Assembly (NCBI GenBank): GCA_030592845.1
Contig: JAUVII010000002.1
Coordinates: 581-64,580 of the forward strand
DNA length: 64,000 nucleotides
Origin: Candidatus Krumholzibacteriia bacterium
GTDB lineage: Bacteria > Krumholzibacteriota > Krumholzibacteriia > LZORAL124-64-63
Reading direction: 5' to 3'
Every line of letters begins with the position of its first letter. The stretch's first letter is position 1. The notes under the pieces were generated by a model, which ran no database searches, was not told the DNA's origin, and saw nothing but the letters and a program-made list of their open reading frames with translations. A program made the position numbers and the translations under genes. Of the stretch, positions 27,859 to 36,013 are shown piece after piece.

Positions 27859-28733
27859 GACAGTCTCCCTTCTTCACTTTGCAGGGATTTGATGGCGTTG
27901 ATGAGGACTTCGGGCTGTTCCTCGAAAATGAAATGACCCGCCTTGGGAACGGGCTGAACCGAGAACCGCGACAACCCCGCGCGCAGGATGTCGATTTCCT
28001 CGGCGGTCACCGAACCGGAATGGGGTGCCTGGCCTGCCAGCAGCAGGACCGGACTGGAAATATTGATGAGGTTTTCCTGCAGGGATTCGGGTTCCACGGC
28101 CCTCGCCATGGCACCGAGCGCGGCGATGAACCGATTCAGATCACCGTCGATATTCTTGAGGTAGCGGCCCAGGGTGCGCCGGTCGATCCAGGACCTGTCG
28201 CCCGAAGCCTCTTCCAGGTTGCTCTTGTATTTGTCCCGCAAGAGGCGTCCGCCACCCAGCTTGGCGACCACCGAGGCAAATTTCAGGGACCTGGCCACCG
28301 TCGGGGTGGCCGCCGATTCGTTGGGGCCGCCCTCGACCGAAACCACCGCCTTGACCAACTCCGGCCGACGGTAGGCAAGCCTGAGGGCCACCGAAGCGGA
28401 AACCCCGTGGCCCACGATGATGGCCCGCTTCAAATCCATTCCGTCCATAACGGCCGCCACCCGGTCCGCCTGGCCGGTCAGGGAGTAGTCCGCCTCCCTG
28501 GGCCTGCTGGAGGATCCGATGCCCAACGGTTCGATGATGACCGTCTGGAAGCCGGAATCATTGAGGGGGGAAACGATTTTCCTGTAACCATAAGCGCAGC
28601 CGGATAACCCCGGCAGCAGTACCACGGGATCCCCGGTTCCCGCTGAAATAACCGTCAGAACCTGTTCGGGAGCGACTTCAACCGTCTGCACCGTCCCCAG
28701 ATTCAACATCAGTAACAGCATCAATGTCGTCAT
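27846..28733 (-). CDS. Secreted alpha/beta-hydrolase-fold protein with non-canonical nucleophile elbow
   Basis: Signal-like N-terminus. Fold blocks VVLLPGLSG and the C-terminal AGHFIFEEQP (catalytic His region). The nucleophile elbow reads VGHGVSAS instead of GHSxG. Confidence 0.75.
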   Translation of the reverse strand: MTTLMLLLMLNLGTVQTVEVAPEQVLTVISAGTGDPVVLLPGLSGCAYGYRKIVSPLNDSGFQTVIIEPLGIGSSSRPREADYSLTGQADRVAAVMDGMDLKRAIIVGHGVSASVALRLAYRRPELVKAVVSVEGGPNESAATPTVARSLKFASVVAKLGGGRLLRDKYKSNLEEASGDRSWIDRRTLGRYLKNIDGDLNRFIAALGAMARAVEPESLQENLINISSPVLLLAGQAPHSGSVTAEEIDILRAGLSRFSVQPVPKAGHFIFEEQPEVLINAIKSLQSEEGRLSCAR

Positions 28734-29082
28734 GGGTTCCCCCCCTTGATATCACGAATCTTTTCTCCTGATCCGCGGGTTTATCGATTTCAAGGGGGAT
28801 TTTGCAAGGCAAGGACCGGGCAATATTTTTTCACCGAACAAATTTCAATTAATTTATTACCAACAACTTACATATCGCCTCGACGAAATCACGAAACATT
28901 TCCAACCCAGGTTTTCACCCAAAAAGTATGTTTTATTAAACACCCCGGTAAGCCCAATCACACACATTTCTTAGGTTGTGCCTCTGGAATTGTGTATGAC
29001 CAGAACACAGCCTTTTCGACGGTTCCAGGCCCGCTGGGGTATTGGATATCATTGCATAAAAGTCCCCCGGGGGTTCCTCCGG

Positions 29083-29102
29083 TGACAATATATATGTTGT
29101 CA
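29083..29102. promoter_or_regulatory. 20-bp palindrome, operator-like (site 1)
   Basis: TGACAATATATATGTTGTCA, i.e. TGACAA-N8-TTGTCA. Confidence 0.5.
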
Positions 29103-29114
29103 GAATCTTGTTTT

Positions 29115-29134
29115 TGACAATAAATATGTTGTCA
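29115..29134. promoter_or_regulatory. 20-bp palindrome, operator-like (site 2), overlapping a TTGACA hexamer
   Basis: TGACAATAAATATGTTGTCA differs from site 1 at one central base. Centres are 32 bp apart. TTGACA at 29114-29119 is followed 15-16 nt later by ATAATT/TAATTC. Confidence 0.5.
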
Positions 29135-29191
29135 ATAATTCAGAAATGACCCAGTTGAATTTTAATAACTTGGAAACAAACGACATAGCTC

Positions 29192-29215
29192 AAAAAAGTG
29201 CCCCGGGGGGCACTT
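29192..29215 (-). terminator. Rho-independent terminator (minus strand)
   Basis: On the minus strand the sequence reads AAGTGCCCC-CC-GGGGCACTT followed by TTTTG. It lies ~260 nt downstream of the 29475..30329 gene. Confidence 0.6.
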
Positions 29216-29357
29216 AGAAAAAATACAAGCTGTTGATAATAAATGATTTAAAGAGCTAAAAGTCCAACCAGGGGTCATACGGACCAAACACATTTTCAGA
29301 CCCACAACACCATTCTTTACGGGCAGCCTTCAGTGCTCGTGGGTTTCGGCCACTTGC

Positions 29358-29485
29358 TGCTTGGGTAGTCGGTTCGGGCATCGGCCCTCAGAAAAAAAGA
29401 TCCGGGTAATCCGCAGGGCCGAAGGCCTGAGGACATCCCGGATCTTTTTTTCTGAGGGCCGATGCCCACATCGATTACCCAAGCA
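29358..29485. repeat. 128-nt long inverted repeat / extended hairpin overlapping a stop codon
   Basis: Perfect 31-bp arms: GGGCATCGGCCCTCAGAAAAAAAGATCCGGG (29376-29406) and its exact complement (29437-29467). The 30-nt spacer has a small apical stem of its own (GGCC gaa GGCC, 29417-29427). Outer 10-bp arms TGCTTGGGTA (29358-67) / TACCCAAGCA (29476-85) include the TAA stop at 29475-77. Confidence 0.85.
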
Positions 29486-30329
29486 ACAATTGCACGGTAT
29501 CCACCAGCACCTGAATGTGCTCCCCCGATTCGTAATCGAGGGTAGAACCATGAATACTGTGAGGAATGGAGAAAATCACGAAGATCACCACCATGGCCGC
29601 CACCGCCCACCATTTGCCGCCCGATTTCCCGGGACCGGCTTTGCTCGAACGGATCACCGCAGTCAGCCACAGCAACGCGCCGACGGCAAGTTTGTTATCC
29701 GTCAGGTCCTCACCCAGAGGCCAACCCGTCCAATACGCGTCGAAAGCGTATTTCTGGACGATGGGTCCCAGGATCAACCCTCCCACCATAAGAAAACCCA
29801 GGGTGATGCGGGACAATATTTTCAACGAGGGCCCGTTACTCAGGGCCTCAAAACCGGCCCGGGTGGAAAACAGGAACGCGAGCACGATGGCAAAAATGTG
29901 CATGATCAGAACCGTGTTGGGGACATCGCCCTTGAACCGGGCCACGGCGGCTTCGTCCGACGGGACCTTCACTTTCTGGCCGTCCTTCAGGAATTCCACA
30001 TGGTACTCGACCTTGCCGGCCATACCCTGGCGGGGGATCAAGGCCCGCAGGACCTCCCCATCCCGTGCCATGGGCAACTCGATCCAGGGATCCTCGGTGG
30101 GGAAGCGCCGCCAGACAACCGTGGCCGACACGGCCTCGTCGGGCACGTGTACGGTTACCGGCATGTCGGCAGTGATGCTGTGGGTCCGCAGCAACTCGCC
30201 CTTGATGGGCGTGCCGACCAACTCGGTGTCAAATCGTTTTTCGTAGGTTGGTCCTGAAATTTTCTGCCAGACCAGAAAAGCGGCCGTCAGAATAAACGCC
30301 ATGACCCAGAGCAGGATGACACGCTTCAA
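29475..30329 (-). CDS. Hypothetical membrane protein (N-terminal anchor, ~120-aa exposed domain, 4-5 C-terminal TM helices)
   Basis: Hydrophobicity pattern only. TTG start after GAGGTAAGG. No motif recognised. Confidence 0.6.
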   Translation of the reverse strand: MKRVILLWVMAFILTAAFLVWQKISGPTYEKRFDTELVGTPIKGELLRTHSITADMPVTVHVPDEAVSATVVWRRFPTEDPWIELPMARDGEVLRALIPRQGMAGKVEYHVEFLKDGQKVKVPSDEAAVARFKGDVPNTVLIMHIFAIVLAFLFSTRAGFEALSNGPSLKILSRITLGFLMVGGLILGPIVQKYAFDAYWTGWPLGEDLTDNKLAVGALLWLTAVIRSSKAGPGKSGGKWWAVAAMVVIFVIFSIPHSIHGSTLDYESGEHIQVLVDTVQLLLG

Positions 30330-30390
30330 ACCTTACCTCACAATTTACAGGGCCCGCGGAATACCGCGGGCCCCCGGTTCAGGCACCAGA

Positions 30391-32343
30391 TCAGGCGCCG
30401 TATTTTTTGATCGCCGAATCCAGGCGCGGCAGCATGGCGAAGATAAACCCGGCCACCGCGAGAATGGCCACCGCCAACACGACGAACATGGTCGTGCCCG
30501 GCTCGAGCCCGCTGATGAAACCGGACATCTTGTTACCTACCGCCGTGGCCAGGAACCAGCCGCCCATCATCAGGCCGACCAGCCGCTTGGGCGCCAGCTT
30601 GGTCACCAGCGACAGGCCCATGGGCGACAGACACAACTCACCGAAAGTGATGATGAGATAATAATAGACCAGCCAACTCATGGCCGTTTTGGCCGCTCCG
30701 TCCTGCCCCAGCTTGGCCCCCACGGCCATGACCAGCAGCGAGATCGTCGTAATGATCATCCCGATGAATATCTTGCGGGCCGTGGTCACGCCCTTGCCCC
30801 GTTTGGCGCGCCAGGCAAAGAACCACACCACCAGTGGCGTCATGATCACCACGAAGAAGGGATTGAGGAATCCCGTCAAAAGTTCGGCGTTCATCAGACG
30901 GACATACTTGCCCGGCTCCAGCCGCGGCGTATCGGGCCCGGCATTGCGATAGACCTCTCCGAACGAGCCCTGGGACACCATGATCACCGGAATTTCGTCC
31001 CCCTCGATATTCCTGGTCAGGGCGACCTGACCACTGGAGGGGGTCTTATCGGGAACAATCTTGACGCTGGTGGTGGTCACCCCGTGGGCGTCCTTCGCTT
31101 CGGTGATGACGACGTTTTCATCCGGGAATACCTTGCACGCCAGACTGCCCACGAGATCGGGCTGGCCCGTGTAGTCGTGCACCGTGACCCCGGACATCCT
31201 GTCGGCCTCGATCATCTCAACCGTGGACTGGCTGAGGATCCGGGCGCCGAACATGGACTCCGCCTCCTCGGAAACGGTGAACAGGGTGCGTTCGTCAGGA
31301 CGGGCAAGGTCCGCACCGGCGTTACCGAAGTAGGATGGCATGGCCTTCTGGGCGTAGAATTCCGTGGCGGTGGGAATCCACTCCGCCCGGCGGTCGGTAT
31401 TGTGCTCGGCGAACACCGTGATCAATCCGCCGCTCAGATGCAGCACCATGAAAAATGCCCCACCGGCGATGTAGACCGGGATCAGGGCGGCCAGACCCGG
31501 CTTCTCCTGTGGGTTGGCCGTCCGCACCAGATTCAGGAAATAGCCCATGATCGGCAGCATACCGATGATGAAGCCGAAGGTCACGGGCCCGACGGTGTTG
31601 GTAACGAAGGGAACCTGCTGCCCCACGAAATACCCGGCAACCCCGAATCCTCCCGCGGGCAGCAGGATGGTCAGAAACATCTGGCGCAGTCCGAAATCAC
31701 CCGGCGCGGTGGTGGGTTTGCGATCGGCGTCCCCCAATCCCTTCCAGTTGAAGAGCAGGATCGCAACCCCGATCAGCATGCCCACTCCGGCTGCGGAAAA
31801 GGCCATGTTGAAGCTCCACAGGTTGCGCAGGGGAGCCGCCAGAAGCGCGGAAATCGTCGCTCCGATGTTGATACCCATGTAGAAGATGTTGAACCCGGCG
31901 TCCCGCCGGGGATCATCCGGAGCGTATAGATTACCCACCATTGCCGAAATGTTGGGCTTGAAGAACCCGTTGCCGAAACACAGCAGCGCCAAGCCGGCAT
32001 AAAAGGTCGGCATGCTGCGGATACCCAGGGAGAAATAACCGGCGGCCAGCAGGAGCCCACCGATCAACACCGAACGGCGGTAACCGAGAATCCGGTCGGC
32101 GATCATGCCGCCGACAAACGGGGTGAAATACACGAAGGCCATGTAGGTCCCGTAGATTTCACCCGCGGCGGAGGTCGTAAAACCCAGGCCGCCCCGTTCC
32201 TTGTCGATGATGTACAGGAAAAGGATACCCAGCATCAGATAGAAGCCGAGACGCTCCCACATTTCAGTAAAAAACAGGGCTTTCAGGCCCCGTGGATGCC
32301 CTTTGGGCGGGGCGCCGGTCATGGCTTGGGCTTGGGACATCAT
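30391..32343 (-). CDS. POT/PTR2-family peptide:proton symporter with a large inserted soluble domain
   Basis: GHPRGLKALFFTEMWERLGFYLM is the PTR2 signature. Tandem ATGs at 32343/32340 follow GGAGG. A ~190-aa non-hydrophobic insertion (AEHNTDRR...YVRLMNAE) sits late in the protein. Confidence 0.85.
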   Translation of the reverse strand: MMSQAQAMTGAPPKGHPRGLKALFFTEMWERLGFYLMLGILFLYIIDKERGGLGFTTSAAGEIYGTYMAFVYFTPFVGGMIADRILGYRRSVLIGGLLLAAGYFSLGIRSMPTFYAGLALLCFGNGFFKPNISAMVGNLYAPDDPRRDAGFNIFYMGINIGATISALLAAPLRNLWSFNMAFSAAGVGMLIGVAILLFNWKGLGDADRKPTTAPGDFGLRQMFLTILLPAGGFGVAGYFVGQQVPFVTNTVGPVTFGFIIGMLPIMGYFLNLVRTANPQEKPGLAALIPVYIAGGAFFMVLHLSGGLITVFAEHNTDRRAEWIPTATEFYAQKAMPSYFGNAGADLARPDERTLFTVSEEAESMFGARILSQSTVEMIEADRMSGVTVHDYTGQPDLVGSLACKVFPDENVVITEAKDAHGVTTTSVKIVPDKTPSSGQVALTRNIEGDEIPVIMVSQGSFGEVYRNAGPDTPRLEPGKYVRLMNAELLTGFLNPFFVVIMTPLVVWFFAWRAKRGKGVTTARKIFIGMIITTISLLVMAVGAKLGQDGAAKTAMSWLVYYYLIITFGELCLSPMGLSLVTKLAPKRLVGLMMGGWFLATAVGNKMSGFISGLEPGTTMFVVLAVAILAVAGFIFAMLPRLDSAIKKYGA

Positions 32344-32521
32344 CAGCCTCCGGGATGGGAAGGGTGGGCAACCATGGCAGGTAGCCATTCGGAAACCATT
32401 GAAGATACTAAAGATAATGGCGGTTACCCGCTCCGAGAACCGGGAAACCGCCATTTAAATCGCGGTCCGAAGCAAAATACCCCATTCGGGCACTCGGGAC
32501 CACTCATTTTTGGTTACAGGG

Positions 32522-33994
32522 CTATTCCACCCCGTGCATCAGGCGTGTCAAGGGCTTGGACAAAAGCATCAGGATGATCCCGATGCCCACCGCCACGAAG
32601 CCCATCTTGCCGAACAGACTAATATAGGTCGTCAGGCTTTCAGTCGGTGTCAGGACCACCTCGGCACCGCCTTCTCCCACCCCACCGGTGAGTTTGGCCA
32701 GACCCGCGGCCACATACATGGAAAAAGCGAAGGACAGGAACCAGGCGCCCATGGCGCTGCCTGTCATGTGCTTGGGAGCCAGCTTCGTGACCATCGACAG
32801 TCCGATGGGAGACAGGAACAGCTCGCCGGTGGTATGCAGCAGATACATGATGCCCAGGAAGATCAGGGGCACCAACGCTTCATCACCGACAAATCCCGCA
32901 CCCAGCAAAAGCGCCAGAAAACCCAAACCGAGTTGTACGATGCCCATCCCGAATTTCATGGGGATGCTGGGGTTCTTCCCCATTTTGGACAGCTTGATCC
33001 ACATCACCGAGAACACGCTGCCGAACAGGATGATGAAGGCCGGGTTGAAGAACTGCGTCTGGGAGGCCGGCATTTCATACAGGCCCATGATGTTGCGATC
33101 GACGTTGCGCAGGGCGAACAGGGTCAGGGAACTGCCGGCCTGTTCGAAGAAAGCCCAGAACACGACGTTGAAGGTCATCAGAATCATCAGGACGATGATA
33201 CGGTCCCGTTGGACACGGTCGCCCTTGAACCCCTCGCGCAACAGGTGGTAACACACGTAACCCAGCAGGCCCATGAGGATCCAGAAGAGGAGATCCTTGC
33301 CCAGGATGATGATGTCCGCGCCGTAGGTGATCAGGGCGTAAAGGGCGGGAATGGCCAGAATGGATACGCCGTACACCAACTTGCCGTACTTGCGCAGGGC
33401 CTCGGGGTCGTTGGGTTCGCCCACGCCTTCCAGCTTGTGCTGGCCCCGCAGGAAGATTGCGATCCCCATCAGCATGCCAATCCCCGCCAGCAGAAATCCC
33501 CAGTGATAACCGAATTTCTCGCCGAGGGGAGCCACGGCCACGGTGGCCAGCAGGGCCCCGATGTTGATACCCATGTAGAAGATGGTGAAGCCCGAATCCC
33601 GCAACGGGTCGCCATCCTTGTACAGGCGCCCCACGATGGTGGAGATGTTGGCCTTGAAGAAACCGTTGCCGACGATGATGGCGGCCATGCCCAGGTACAG
33701 CCAGGTTTCGGTGCCCCCGAGAATCATGAACTCGCCCATGGCCATGACGACCCCGCCGAAGACCACAGCCCGCCGGAATCCCAGAACCGAGTCAGCCAGC
33801 TTCCCGCCCCAGACCGGAGCGGCGTATACCAGGGCCGTGTAGGCGCCATAGATACCGATGGCTTTGGTATCGCCCTGCATGAGGGCGTCGGTCAGGTACA
33901 GGATGAGCAGTCCGCGCATGCCATAATAACAAAGGCGCTCGAACATTTCCGCGCCGAAGCACACAGCCAGGCCTCTGGGATGTCCCTGGGTCAT
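32522..33994 (-). CDS. POT/PTR2-family peptide:proton symporter
   Basis: GHPRGLAVCFGAEMFERLCYYGMRGLLILYL, plus the FYMGINIGA block. Canonical 490-aa length. Confidence 0.9.
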   Translation of the reverse strand: MTQGHPRGLAVCFGAEMFERLCYYGMRGLLILYLTDALMQGDTKAIGIYGAYTALVYAAPVWGGKLADSVLGFRRAVVFGGVVMAMGEFMILGGTETWLYLGMAAIIVGNGFFKANISTIVGRLYKDGDPLRDSGFTIFYMGINIGALLATVAVAPLGEKFGYHWGFLLAGIGMLMGIAIFLRGQHKLEGVGEPNDPEALRKYGKLVYGVSILAIPALYALITYGADIIILGKDLLFWILMGLLGYVCYHLLREGFKGDRVQRDRIIVLMILMTFNVVFWAFFEQAGSSLTLFALRNVDRNIMGLYEMPASQTQFFNPAFIILFGSVFSVMWIKLSKMGKNPSIPMKFGMGIVQLGLGFLALLLGAGFVGDEALVPLIFLGIMYLLHTTGELFLSPIGLSMVTKLAPKHMTGSAMGAWFLSFAFSMYVAAGLAKLTGGVGEGGAEVVLTPTESLTTYISLFGKMGFVAVGIGIILMLLSKPLTRLMHGVE

Positions 33995-34116
33995 CTCTAC
34001 TCCAGTGGTTGGGATGATGAAAAAATCCTGATTCGAATTGGAATCAAGCAGGCGGAAAACCCGGCAGGTTTTTCCGCTTCTGCATACTACGGTTCCACCC
34101 GAATTGCGTCAAGCTG

Positions 34117-34977
34117 TCAGGCGGGGCAGGGATCGTCGCTCAAAGCCGCGGCCAGGATGTCGTCCTGTTTTCCCCCCAGGTCCTTCCTCAACCCGGCCAC
34201 GAACTCCGCTTCCAGATCGAGCTTTTTCAATAGTCCCACGACCAGGGGATGGGTGTGGGGATCGAGTTCCTGCTCAATGATCAAGGCCAGCAGATTGCCC
34301 ACCGCCACGGCACGGACCACATCCTGGCACTCGCCGGCAAGCCGCGGATCGTGGTGGAATTCGATGGCCTGGCAAAGGACCTGCGGAAAGCCCCAGTTGT
34401 CGGCAAGCATCGCCCCGGCTTCGCAATGGTCAAAACCCAGAAGCCTTTTCTCGGCCCCCGTGACATCAAAGGCCGGTTCGGCCATCACCAGGGTTTTTTT
34501 GGTTCCCACGAGGTGGGCGTCGATGACCAGCATGCCCACGTCATGGACCAGGCCGGCGGTAAAGGCTTCGCATTTTTTCTTCCCGTGGCCCAGGCGGTCC
34601 GCGGCGAACGAAGAAGCGGAAGCCGCCAGGATGGAGTGGTTCCAGAACCGCTCGCGGCTCACGTTGTACCCGATCAGGTCCCGGCGCATGACCGGCGCCA
34701 TTCCCGAGGCGAAGGCCATGGTCACGACGGCTCGGTTTCCCAGCATGACCAGGGCCTCCTGGACACTGCTGACCTCCCTGCGGGCCCCGTAAAAGGCGGA
34801 ATTACTCATTTTGAGAACGTTTGCGGTCATGGCGGGATCACGCTGCAGGATACTGACGACGCTTTGGGCGCTGGCGTCTTCCTCGCGGAACAGGTAAAGC
34901 AGGTCGACGACCGTAGTCGGCAGGGATGCCAGATCGCCCGTATTTGCCACCAGATTATAGAGTGCCTTATTCGACAT
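34117..34977 (-). CDS. HDOD-domain signalling protein
   Basis: LPTTVVDLLYLF...ILQRDPAMTANVLKMSNSAFYG...AFTAGLVHDVG is the HDOD pattern. ATG 34977 (after GGGGGAAATA) is preferred over 34989. Confidence 0.8.
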   Translation of the reverse strand: MSNKALYNLVANTGDLASLPTTVVDLLYLFREEDASAQSVVSILQRDPAMTANVLKMSNSAFYGARREVSSVQEALVMLGNRAVVTMAFASGMAPVMRRDLIGYNVSRERFWNHSILAASASSFAADRLGHGKKKCEAFTAGLVHDVGMLVIDAHLVGTKKTLVMAEPAFDVTGAEKRLLGFDHCEAGAMLADNWGFPQVLCQAIEFHHDPRLAGECQDVVRAVAVGNLLALIIEQELDPHTHPLVVGLLKKLDLEAEFVAGLRKDLGGKQDDILAAALSDDPCPA

Positions 34978-35175
34978 TATTTCCCCCATTTTTGAATTTC
35001 AATGGACCTGCCGCTCCCATGAAACTGGCCAAAATCTTGCCTCCCGACCGCGGTTTTGCACCAGTGGTCGACGCGGATCATGGCAGATTGCCCCAAATCT
35101 CCTCATGGGGCCGTTTCTCACCTGATTCTCAAGGTTTTAATCAAAAATCGAGCCCAACGGGGAGCCGGGGAAAAA

Positions 35176-35916
35176 TTAGCGGGAATCCAGTCCGAAATGG
35201 CGGGCCAGTTCGAGGAATTCGGTTTCCAGATCCACCCAGCGGCCGGCGGCGCGGCTGTCCAGGGGAGTCTCCCCCAGGTTGACGATGGCCAGGCGGCCCC
35301 CGGCCTCCAAAGTGGCCAAAGGAACCGAAGCTGCCGGCTGGACCACCAGGGATGACCCCAGGACCAGCATCAGGTCCACCGACCCCGCCAGCGCGAAGGC
35401 CCCTTCCAGGGCGCCGACGGGCAGCATTTCCCCAAAAAAGGTGATGTCGGGTTTGAAGATCCCCCCACACTGGCCGCAGGTGGGCAGGCGGCCGGCCCGC
35501 ACCTCGGGAGCAACCTGCTCAAAGGTCGCCTGGAGGCCGCATCCGGGACATGAATGCGTGGCCGGTGAACCGTGAAGTTCGATCACGTTCCGGGAACCCG
35601 ACCGCTGGTGCAACATGTCGATATTCTGGGTGATGACCCCGCTGATCAGCCCCTGGGCTTCGAGATCCGCGCAAACGGTGTGAACGATGGCGGGACTGCG
35701 CTGATCAAGGGTATAGATGAAATCCCGGGCGTGTTCGTAATAGAAACCGGGGTCGCGCCGGAATTGGTCCAGGCCGAAGATGCGATCGGCGTCGAGGTGC
35801 CTGTAAATACCCTGGGGCCCGCGGAAATCAGGGATTCCGCTAAGGGTGGAAACCCCCGCTCCCGTAAAAACGGCGGTGTTGCTTGCGGATTCAATCATTT
35901 TGGCCAGTTCGGACAT
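35176..35916 (-). CDS. NAD-dependent protein deacylase (Sir2/CobB family)
   Basis: FTGAGVSTLSGIPDFRGPQGIY, QNIDMLH, the zinc ribbon CPGCG...CGQCGG, and LVLGSSL. Confidence 0.85.
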   Translation of the reverse strand: MSELAKMIESASNTAVFTGAGVSTLSGIPDFRGPQGIYRHLDADRIFGLDQFRRDPGFYYEHARDFIYTLDQRSPAIVHTVCADLEAQGLISGVITQNIDMLHQRSGSRNVIELHGSPATHSCPGCGLQATFEQVAPEVRAGRLPTCGQCGGIFKPDITFFGEMLPVGALEGAFALAGSVDLMLVLGSSLVVQPAASVPLATLEAGGRLAIVNLGETPLDSRAAGRWVDLETEFLELARHFGLDSR

Positions 35917-36013
35917 GTCCCCAGTATACGGATCGCGGGCCGGGGGACACCTCCTTTTTTGGGAAAATTCCCCTGTCCGGTCCGCGTGGCACGCCATCTG
36001 CATAACCCGGGTC

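Noticed and set aside
28746-29117. 123-aa + strand ORF, plus a 35-codon minus-strand ORF, in the 740-bp spacer
   Set aside because: AT-rich composition unlike neighbouring genes, no SD, odd amino-acid composition. Treated as non-coding leader/regulatory DNA.
29146-29217. 23-codon ORF (MTQLNFNNLETNDIAQKSAPGGT) between the palindromes and the hairpin
   Set aside because: No Shine-Dalgarno sequence. Its 3' end is just the terminator stem read as codons. No support beyond being open.
29317-30257. Track ORFs 29317..29670 (-) and 29361..30257 (+), both containing ...GHRPSEKKIR...
   Set aside because: The shared peptide is a mirror artefact of translating the two arms of the long inverted repeat. 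The real gene here is 29475..30329 on the minus strand.
32410-32460. Hairpin AATGGCGGTT...AAACCGCCATT between the two POT genes, and GCGGAAAA...TTTTCCGC at ~34055-34085
   Set aside because: They are probably ordinary intergenic terminators or attenuators. They lack convincing U-tracts, so I did not list them as features.
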